Of a stretch of 29,190 nt of DNA, positions 22,606 through 29,190 are shown in pieces. Made by a program: the position numbers and the translations under genes. The notes below the pieces were generated by a model. It did no database searches. It saw nothing but the letters and a program-made list of their open reading frames with translations, and had not been told where the DNA came from. Source of the stretch: Candidatus Eiseniibacteriota bacterium (GTDB lineage Bacteria > Eisenbacteria > RBG-16-71-46 > CAZEPH01); NCBI GenBank assembly GCA_044229145.1, contig JBGATO010000049.1, forward strand, positions 1-29,190. The letters run 5' to 3'. Position 1 is the stretch's first letter, and every line of letters starts with the position of its first letter.

Positions 22606-24615
22606 ATGAGCGACTTCGAGAACGCGCCGTCGCACGGCGCCACGAAGATCGCCTCGCGTTTGCCCGAGGGCATTCGCTACGAGGAACTGCAGCCCGCCTT
22701 GCGCGTGGCGATGGAAGCGCTGGCCGACGGACGCGACGCAGTGATCGTGCTGTCGCTCGGCGCATCGCGCGACATGTTCTTCCAGCTAGGCACGTGGGTG
22801 TCGCAGGCGTGCACGCTGGTGGTGTCGCCGGACTCGGTGATGCTCGACGGCATCGACGCGCACGCGTTCGTGCCGTGGTCGTTCGGCAAGAGCGACGCGG
22901 AGTTCGACGAGTTCGCGGAGGCCGATGACGAACTCGGGTCCCTGCGCTGGCTCGGCGCGCGCCCGATGCCCGAGGCCGAAGGCGAAGTCATCTTCGCCGC
23001 GCCGGAGGAAATCGGCGACAGCGACTTCCGCGAGGCGCTCTCCGAGCTGCCGATCGGCTACGGCGTGGTGGATCACGCCGAGCGCGTGTCGCCGCTCTCG
23101 CACGACAAGCTGACGGTCTACAACGGCATCCCCGGCCTGATGGAGCACGTCGGCCGCCCGCCGATGCTGGCGATCTCCTTCGACCCACGCGGCGAGGTGC
23201 TGAGCGATCTCATCACGCGGTTGCAGATGAAGGACCCGGTCATCAGCTACGCCGACATCTTCCGGCCGAACATCCAGTACGAGGTCGTCCGCACGGTGAG
23301 CGAGGCGGAGCGCCGTCAGGCGTTCGAGCGCTGCCTGCGCGGCGTCGCCGGCCCGGGCGTCATCCACACCGGCACGGTGAGCGAGGCGCGCGATCTCGTC
23401 GAGCAACTCAACGACTCCGGCATCAAGGCGATCCTCTGGCAGAACAAGATGAAGAAGGCGGAGCGCCAGGAAGTCGAGGAGGCGTTCCGCAGCGGCGAGG
23501 TGCGCGTGTTGGTGAGCGCCGCCGGCTCGCACACGCCGACCGACCGCTTCGACGTGCGCTTCGTGCTGCATGCGTCGCTGCCGGGCGCCATCGACACGTA
23601 TGCGATGGAAGCGGGGCGTCTCTCGCGCGACGGACGGCCGGGCCTCGCGGTGCTGCTCTACGACGCCGAGGATCAGAAGTCCCAGCGTCTCGCCGCGGCG
23701 AGCCACTTCCCGACGCAGGACGAGTTCGAGCGGGTCTACGACGCGATGGAGGAGTTGTCGCTCGAGGAACGCGAGATCCCGGTGAAGGACATCAACGCGC
23801 TGTCCGGCGTGTCGTACGCGCGCGCCAAGACCATCGTCGCAGTGCTCAAGAAGGCGGGCTACGTCCGGCAGGCGAAGTCGTCGGCGTCGAAGTTCACGCT
23901 GCTGATGACCAAGAAGACGCACGAGCAGCTCATGGAAGACCTCGCGCCGTACAAGGAGAGCGAGGAGCACGACCGCGAACTGCGTCAGACGATCATCCGC
24001 TACACGCGCTCGACCCGCTGCCGTGCCGCGTACTTGCGCGAGCACTTCGGCGAGAAGGGTGTCGGCGACTGCGGCCGCTGCGACGTCTGCATCTCGCAGG
24101 GCAACGTGGCGAACGCCGTCGCCGCGGGTGCGCTGTCGGTGGCGCCGGCGGTAGCGGACGACGAGCCGGTCGCCCAGCCGAGCCAGGTGTCCGACGCGCC
24201 GCCGGTGGTGCTGGTCGAGGAGGCCCCAGCCGACCTCGCCCGCGTCCGCGCCCCCGAGGATGAGCTGCCGCCGGAGGGCGAGCGCATCCACATGCTCTAC
24301 AAGGCCGGCGATGTCGTGTACCACCCGCTCTTCGGCGACGGCGAAGTGCTCGAAGTCCGCGACGAGAAAGTCACCGTGGACTTCCCCGGCACCGGCGAGA
24401 AGAAGCTGAACCAGAAGCACCTCACCGTCGGCGACCGCAGCCGCTTGCCCAAGAAGGCGGCGAAGGCCAAGTCGACGCGCGGCAAGAAGAAAGCGGCTGC
24501 CGAGGCACCGGCGGAGGCCGCGCCGGTGGCCGAGGAGACAGCGGTCGCGGTCGAGGACGCTCCGGCGCCCGAGGCCGCAGCCGAGATCCCGGCGGAGGAC
24601 GGCGCCGAGAGCTAG
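22606..24615 (+). CDS. RecQ-family pseudo-helicase (ATPase motifs degenerate) with Zn-binding domain and C-terminal UvrD/PcrA-type Tudor-like domain (669 aa)
   Basis: GAGAGG RBS. RecQ scaffold (TLVVSP, APE, FRPNIQYEV, DVRFVLH, EAGRLSRDG, CR....FGE.....CGRCDVC). Walker A reads LSLGASRD and DEAH reads DHAE. Tail GDVVYHPLFGDGEV...VTVDF...GEKKL. Confidence 0.88.
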   Translation: MSDFENAPSHGATKIASRLPEGIRYEELQPALRVAMEALADGRDAVIVLSLGASRDMFFQLGTWVSQACTLVVSPDSVMLDGIDAHAFVPWSFGKSDAEFDEFAEADDELGSLRWLGARPMPEAEGEVIFAAPEEIGDSDFREALSELPIGYGVVDHAERVSPLSHDKLTVYNGIPGLMEHVGRPPMLAISFDPRGEVLSDLITRLQMKDPVISYADIFRPNIQYEVVRTVSEAERRQAFERCLRGVAGPGVIHTGTVSEARDLVEQLNDSGIKAILWQNKMKKAERQEVEEAFRSGEVRVLVSAAGSHTPTDRFDVRFVLHASLPGAIDTYAMEAGRLSRDGRPGLAVLLYDAEDQKSQRLAAASHFPTQDEFERVYDAMEELSLEEREIPVKDINALSGVSYARAKTIVAVLKKAGYVRQAKSSASKFTLLMTKKTHEQLMEDLAPYKESEEHDRELRQTIIRYTRSTRCRAAYLREHFGEKGVGDCGRCDVCISQGNVANAVAAGALSVAPAVADDEPVAQPSQVSDAPPVVLVEEAPADLARVRAPEDELPPEGERIHMLYKAGDVVYHPLFGDGEVLEVRDEKVTVDFPGTGEKKLNQKHLTVGDRSRLPKKAAKAKSTRGKKKAAAEAPAEAAPVAEETAVAVEDAPAPEAAAEIPAEDGAES

Positions 24616-24641
24616 CCGGCCCGTCAGCACCGACACACAGC

Positions 24642-24671
24642 GAGGCGAGAGGGTCGCGGCCCTCTCGCCTC
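24642..24671 (+). terminator. Hairpin downstream of the RecQ-like gene
   Basis: 12-bp stem GAGGCGAGAGGG/CCCTCTCGCCTC with a 6-nt loop and weak U-tract. TATGAT at 24677-24682 may be the -10 of the next gene. Confidence 0.6.
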
Positions 24672-24737
24672 TCGCTTATGATGGCGGTCCCCCGCTCCTC
24701 GCGCCGCCCGATCGTCCCGTCCCGGAGGAGTGCCGCC

Positions 24738-25196
24738 ATGCGCCCGATCATCCTCGCGATGTGTTTCCTTGCCGTGCTCACCTCGCCATCCCTCGCCGCG
24801 CCGCGCGCGGTCGACCTGCCGGCCCTCGCCCGCGAGGTCTCGGACACCGAACGCGCGTTCGCCAAGACGATGGCGGACCGCGACGTCAAGGCGTTCGCGA
24901 CGTTCGTCTCCCGCGAGGCGGTGTTCTTCGGCGGCGCCGGCCCCCTGCGTGGCCACGACGCGGTGGTCGCGCGCTGGACGAAGTTCTTCGACGGGCCCGC
25001 GGCGCCGTTCGCGTGGGAGCCGGATCACGTCGAGGTGCTCGACTCCGGCACGTTGGCGCTCAGCAGCGGCCCGGTGACCAGCCCCGACGGCAAGCTCATC
25101 GGGCGGTTCAACTCGATTTGGCGGCGCGAGGCCCCGCACGTCTGGCGCATCGTGTTCGACAAGGGCGAAGAGGTGTGTCCGCCGGAGGCAAAGTAG
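24738..25196 (+). CDS. Secreted NTF2-like/DUF4440 (SnoaL-fold) protein (152 aa)
   Basis: GGAGGAG RBS and signal peptide. ERAFAKTMADRD..AF, WEP..VEV..SGTLALSSGPV, FNSIWRR...WRIVFDKG. Confidence 0.88.
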   Translation: MRPIILAMCFLAVLTSPSLAAPRAVDLPALAREVSDTERAFAKTMADRDVKAFATFVSREAVFFGGAGPLRGHDAVVARWTKFFDGPAAPFAWEPDHVEVLDSGTLALSSGPVTSPDGKLIGRFNSIWRREAPHVWRIVFDKGEEVCPPEAK

Positions 25197-25247
25197 GCGG
25201 ACAGCGCCGGCCGGGAGTTTCGTAACTGTATCGCGGGAGGCAGCCCG

Positions 25248-25256
25248 TGCTACCAT
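25248..25256 (+). promoter_or_regulatory. Extended -10 element
   Basis: TGcTACCAT, about 110 nt upstream of the M14 start. Confidence 0.45.
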
Positions 25257-25364
25257 TGCCCGTCAGCCGCGCCCTGCCCTTCTCGCCCGCGCGGCCGGGC
25301 TCCTGGCCAGTAGCGCCGTCCGGCGCGTCATCCCACCACGCACACCCGTAGGAGTGTCCAGACG

Positions 25365-27305
25365 ATGAGGCTCATGCCCCGTTCTGCCTCCGTTCTTGCT
25401 CTCGGCCTCGGACTCGCGCTCGGCGCGGTGACCGCGGGCGCCGCCGGCAACAACGGTTCGATCACCTCGCGCGCGCAGCTCCCCCACCGGCAGCTGGTCG
25501 ACGTGCAGATCCGCACGCCGCAGGACATGCGCGACCTGCAGATGCTCGACCTCGACATGACCGAAGCGGTGACGCCGACCTCGGCGCAGGTCGTGGTGAC
25601 CGACCAGGACGCGCAGCTCCTCGCCCGTCGTGGCTTCCTGTTCAACGTGCTCGATGGCGACATCGACGCGAGCTACATGAAGCTCACGCAGGGGCTCGCG
25701 TACCCGACCTACTTCCACACCTACGCGCAGATGCTGTCGGAGATGCAGGCCGTGCACGCTGCGTATCCGTCGATCACCAGCGACGTGATCTCGCTCGGCA
25801 AGACGCTCGAAGGCCGCGACATCTGGGCGATGGAAGTCTCCAATGCGCCCGGCACGCATGACCCGGCGAAGGCCGAAGTGCTGCTCATGGGCTGCCACCA
25901 CGCCCGCGAACCGATGTCGGTCGAAGTGCCGCTCGACGCGCTCGCGTACCTGACGTCGCAGTACGGCATCCGCTCGGACGCCACCAACGCGGTCAACAAC
26001 CAGGAGATCTGGATCGTCCCGATGGTGAACCCGGACGGCCACGTCTACTGCGAGACCACCGACCAGAACTGGCGCAAGAACCGCAAGAACAACGGCGACG
26101 GCACCTTCGGCGTCGACAACAACCGCAACTACTCGTACAAGTGGGGCCTCGACAACGTCGGCTCGAGCGGCAGCGGCGGCTCGGACACCTACCGCGGCAC
26201 CGGCCCGAACTCCGAGCTCGAGAACCAGCACGTGCGCGACTTCATGGCGGCGCACAACTTCTTCTCGTCGATCTCGTTCCACTCGTACGGCCAGTACGTG
26301 CTGTACCCGTGGGGCTACGCCTACAACCTGCACGCCGCCGACCACCTCACCTTCAACGTCGCGGCCGACAGCATGAACAACTCGAACGGCTACTCGATCG
26401 GCACCGCGCCGGAGCTGCTCTACTTGGTCAACGGCGAGTACAACGACTGGGCGTACGGCGAGACCTCGCAGCACGCGCAGAACTTCGGCTTCACGATCGA
26501 GCTCGGCACCACGTTCTACCCGTCGCAGTCGCAGGTGCAGCCGATCCTCGACGAGGTCCGTCCGTCGTGGCTGTACTTGATCCGCTCGGCGCAGAAGCCG
26601 GCCGGCGAGGCGTCGCTCGCGCTGTCGACGCACAGCATCACGCTGTCGCGCGGCGGCACGCTGTCGTTCAGCTACACGGTCACCAACAACACCGCGAACA
26701 CCGTGACCTGGAAGCAGTGGAACGAGGTCGTGCTGCCCAACGGCAAGCCGATCACCAACAACCCGGCCGGCGGCTACAAGACGATGACGCTGACGCCGGG
26801 CGAAACCCGCACCACCAACATGTCGAAGGTGCTGCCGTCGAACACGCCGACCGGCACGTTCACCTGGACGTCGAAGGTCGCGGTCAACGCGCCGTGGCCG
26901 GTGCTCGCCAGCGACAAGCTGACGTTCACGGTCAACGCGGCCGACCTCGCCGCGGCGAAGAACGGCCAGACGGTGACGCTCGCGTCCTCGTCCGACCCGG
27001 ACCTCGGCGACTGGCCGCTGGTGGACGGCGTGGCCGTGCGTGCCGTTGCGGCGCCGGCGAGCATCACGGCGCGGGGCGGCGTGGCGACGGTGTCATTCGC
27101 CGCGTCGGGCGCGCTGCCGCGTTCGCTGCCGGTGTTCGACCTCAGCGGCCGCGTGGCCGGTGATGCGTCGGTCACCGCTGTCGGCGCCGGCCAGGCGCAG
27201 GCGACGTGGAACCTGCGCGACGCGAAGGGCGCCGCCGCCTCGCACGGCATCTACTTCGTGCGGATGCCGGACGGTGCGCGGACGCGAGTGCTCGTGACGC
27301 GGTAG
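25365..27305 (+). CDS. M14 zinc carboxypeptidase (carboxypeptidase T-like) with propeptide, Ig-like domain and FlgD-Ig/T9SS-like C-terminal domain
   Basis: AGGAG RBS and signal peptide. HHARE, NPDG, WRKNR, DNNRNY, SFHSY, TIELG. Tail VFDLSGRV...WNLRDAKG...GIYFVRM...VLVTR. Confidence 0.93.
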   Translation: MRLMPRSASVLALGLGLALGAVTAGAAGNNGSITSRAQLPHRQLVDVQIRTPQDMRDLQMLDLDMTEAVTPTSAQVVVTDQDAQLLARRGFLFNVLDGDIDASYMKLTQGLAYPTYFHTYAQMLSEMQAVHAAYPSITSDVISLGKTLEGRDIWAMEVSNAPGTHDPAKAEVLLMGCHHAREPMSVEVPLDALAYLTSQYGIRSDATNAVNNQEIWIVPMVNPDGHVYCETTDQNWRKNRKNNGDGTFGVDNNRNYSYKWGLDNVGSSGSGGSDTYRGTGPNSELENQHVRDFMAAHNFFSSISFHSYGQYVLYPWGYAYNLHAADHLTFNVAADSMNNSNGYSIGTAPELLYLVNGEYNDWAYGETSQHAQNFGFTIELGTTFYPSQSQVQPILDEVRPSWLYLIRSAQKPAGEASLALSTHSITLSRGGTLSFSYTVTNNTANTVTWKQWNEVVLPNGKPITNNPAGGYKTMTLTPGETRTTNMSKVLPSNTPTGTFTWTSKVAVNAPWPVLASDKLTFTVNAADLAAAKNGQTVTLASSSDPDLGDWPLVDGVAVRAVAAPASITARGGVATVSFAASGALPRSLPVFDLSGRVAGDASVTAVGAGQAQATWNLRDAKGAAASHGIYFVRMPDGARTRVLVTR

Positions 27306-27324
27306 GACGTCATAGCAGCAGAAA

Positions 27325-27365
27325 CGCGAAGCCCGCGGGACGCGCCAGCGCCCGCGGGCTTCGTG
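27325..27365. terminator. Bidirectional terminator-like hairpin between convergent M14 and lysE genes
   Basis: 13-bp perfect stem CGAAGCCCGCGGG/CCCGCGGGCTTCG with an 11-nt loop. Confidence 0.7.
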
Positions 27366-27450
27366 AATCGTGTGGCGACCTCAGCGGAAACGCCATGACC
27401 GCTCGCACCCAATTATCGAACCAATTGCACCCATTTCTCGGCCCGCCCTG

Positions 27451-28062
27451 TCAGCGCGCCAGCGCGACCGCCATCGTCCGCACCGCCCACACCGCCAACA
27501 CGCTGCCGGCCACCACGTTGACGCCGCGCATCACCGCGGGGGTCAACCGCGAGCGGACCACGCTCACGCCGCTCGCCAACGTCGCCCACCACGCCAGCGA
27601 GCCGCACAGGACGCCGCCGACCAGCCACGCCACCGACGCACCGCTCCCGAGCACGATCCCGGCACCGGTGAACACCGCGGCGAACGAAAGGATGGTCGCC
27701 GGGTTGGCGAGCGTCAGCGCGCAGGCGCCGAGCCAGCCGCGCAGGAGTCCGCGCGAGTCGAGCGCCGCCTCGTGGGTCGCCGGCCGCGCGCGGATCGTGT
27801 GGATCGCCAGCGCGAGCAGCAGCGCGCCGCCGCCGAGGCGAATCCAGGTGCCGTAGGTCGCCAGCCACACGCTGACGCCGTGCACGCCGCAGCCGGCGAG
27901 CACGCCGTAGAGCGCGTCGGCGGTGGCCGCGCCCGCGCCGACGACGAAACCCGCCGCCCAGCCGTGCGCCGCCGCGCGCCGCATCACCAAGAGCCCGATC
28001 GGCCCCACCGGCGCGGCGACCGCGAAGCCGATCGCCGCGCCCTTCATCGCGATGTCCGTCAT
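27451..28062 (-). CDS. LysE/RhtB-family amino-acid exporter (203 aa)
   Basis: GGAGG RBS 8 nt before ATG 28062. GFAVAAPVGPIG, GAATADALYG, LTLANPATILSF, GSLAWW; hydrophobic helices. Confidence 0.92.
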   Translation of the reverse strand: MTDIAMKGAAIGFAVAAPVGPIGLLVMRRAAAHGWAAGFVVGAGAATADALYGVLAGCGVHGVSVWLATYGTWIRLGGGALLLALAIHTIRARPATHEAALDSRGLLRGWLGACALTLANPATILSFAAVFTGAGIVLGSGASVAWLVGGVLCGSLAWWATLASGVSVVRSRLTPAVMRGVNVVAGSVLAVWAVRTMAVALAR

Positions 28063-28294
28063 GTCCGTGTCCTCCGTCGCCCCGGCGCCTTGGTCCGGGA
28101 TCGCGGCGTCGCACGCCGAGCCCGCCGGAGCGTCCGGACGCCGCTCTGGCAGGCTTCTCGTGTGTCGCTCGATGTCGCGAGTCGACGAAACGCGCCTAGC
28201 CAGGCCTCCGCTGCGAGGTCTGGTTTCGGCGATTGCGTGCGATCGTGTGCATCGTGGTCGCCGTCCGGTCGTAGCGGCGCAGCCCAGCGCGAAC

Positions 28295-29001
28295 TCACGA
28301 CGCGCTGCCGTGCGGCAGGTCGAACGCGAAATCGGGCCGGATCGCGCGGATCTGCGTGAGCAACCGCGCCATCGCCGGGAGATGCTCGGGCCGCGTGCTT
28401 CAGCCATCGCGGAATAGACGTCGAGCAACTGGTCGATCAGCGCGGTCGGGTGCTGGTGGCTGACGTCGCGCTGCAACTCCGCCCACTCGCGCGCCGACAG
28501 CGTCTCCACCAAGTTGAAGTACTCGCGCCGCACCACCGTCAGCGTCGTGTAGCGGCCAGTTGTGCGGAAAGCTTTGTCGAGCACCTCGCTCATCCCGGTG
28601 CGCCGCCGCGCCAGCTGCTGCGAGTAGGCCTGCGCCGAGCCGTAATACCAGCGGCAGCGCAGCGCCTCGGTGTGCTCGCGGTCGAAGATGCCGATCTCCA
28701 GCAGCAGCCGGTCGGCGTTGACGCGGTAGGTCGTGTACTTGAGCCGCACGTCCGGCGAACGCTCGACCGCCGCGAACACGTCGGTGTCGTAGTCGAAGAT
28801 GAATTGCCGCGCCCAGGTCGAATGGCGCGGATCGGCGGCGGCGCCGAGGGCGGTCGAAGGTACGTGACCAGCGTCCTCGTCGCCCGGCTGCTCCGCTCAA
28901 GCCGGTTTCGCCGCGCGCCTTCTTGAGGACGGCGAAGCGGCGTACGAGCAGATGCGGACGGCTGCAGGTGGAAGATCGGCGTACCAGAGTTCGTCGCGCA
29001 C
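28295..29001 (-). pseudogene. Conserved-hypothetical-like gene broken by several frameshifts (pseudogene or sequence errors)
   Basis: AGGAG then GTG at 29001. Protein-like, codon-biased segments hop between frames: VRDELW / PIFHLQPS / HLLVRRFAVLKKARGE / ARQFIFDYDTDVF...YRVNADRLLLEIGIFD...LLDVYSA / PEHLPAMARLLTQIRAIRPDFAFDLPHGSAS* (TGA at 28297-28295). Confidence 0.65.
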
Positions 29002-29149
29002 GGGTCTCCTCGGTTGCATCGGGATCGGCGAACGGGGGGACGCGACGCCGCGCGTGGTGAGCGCCAAGGTAGAATCAGCATGAGGGTTCATCGAGCAGTT
29101 CGGTCTGGACGAGGCGCACGCCGTAACGACCGGCCGCCTGCGCCAGAGC

Positions 29150-29190
29150 AAAAATGCACGACGGGCGCCGGCCTCACGTGGGACGGCGCC
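29150..29190 (-). terminator. Partial terminator-like hairpin at the window edge
   Basis: A5 tract, then GGCGCCG...CGGCGCC stem cut off by the window end. Confidence 0.3.

Noticed and set aside
22786..26633. Minus-strand ORFs of 616 and 456 aa
   Set aside because: Antisense shadows of the RecQ-like and M14 genes.
27451..28779. 442-aa hypothetical-LysE fusion
   Set aside because: LysE has its own GGAGG RBS and ATG at 28062. The upstream gene has a natural C-terminus and stop in another frame at 28295. The linker is not protein-like.
29070..29190. TAGAAT followed by ATG at 29080 (possible leaderless gene)
   Set aside because: Only 4 nt spacing, a non-protein-like translation, truncated by the window edge, and in an error-prone region.

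Overview
This is a GC-rich window from a diderm bacterium. The FlgD-Ig/T9SS-like C-terminal tails and outer-membrane barrels suggest an FCB-group lineage such as Ca. Eisenbacteria (inference). The first 10.5 kb is one giant minus-strand gene (at least 3513 codons, running off the left edge) that the ORF track missed. It encodes a secreted DUF11/Ig-repeat surface protein with a Cys-rich N-terminal half and a C-terminal half whose Lys/acid/Asn triads co-vary like intramolecular isopeptide bonds. It lies directly downstream of an 853-aa outer-membrane beta-barrel with an SprA-like motif, together a candidate dedicated export/anchoring system. Next come a degenerate methyltransferase, a CTD-bearing amidase with a TolB-like partner, and a PfkB kinase. 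A partial, divergent his-like cluster follows (hisC, hisA-like, PHP, C26 amidotransferase), where one extra G would fuse HisA to PHP. Then come two paralogous small OM barrels, an intact RecQ-like protein whose ATPase motifs are all degenerate (pseudo-helicase), an NTF2-like protein, an M14 carboxypeptidase with CTD, LysE, and a multiply frameshifted hypothetical gene. I found no rRNA, tRNA, CRISPR array or mobile element. All translations and counts were done by hand.
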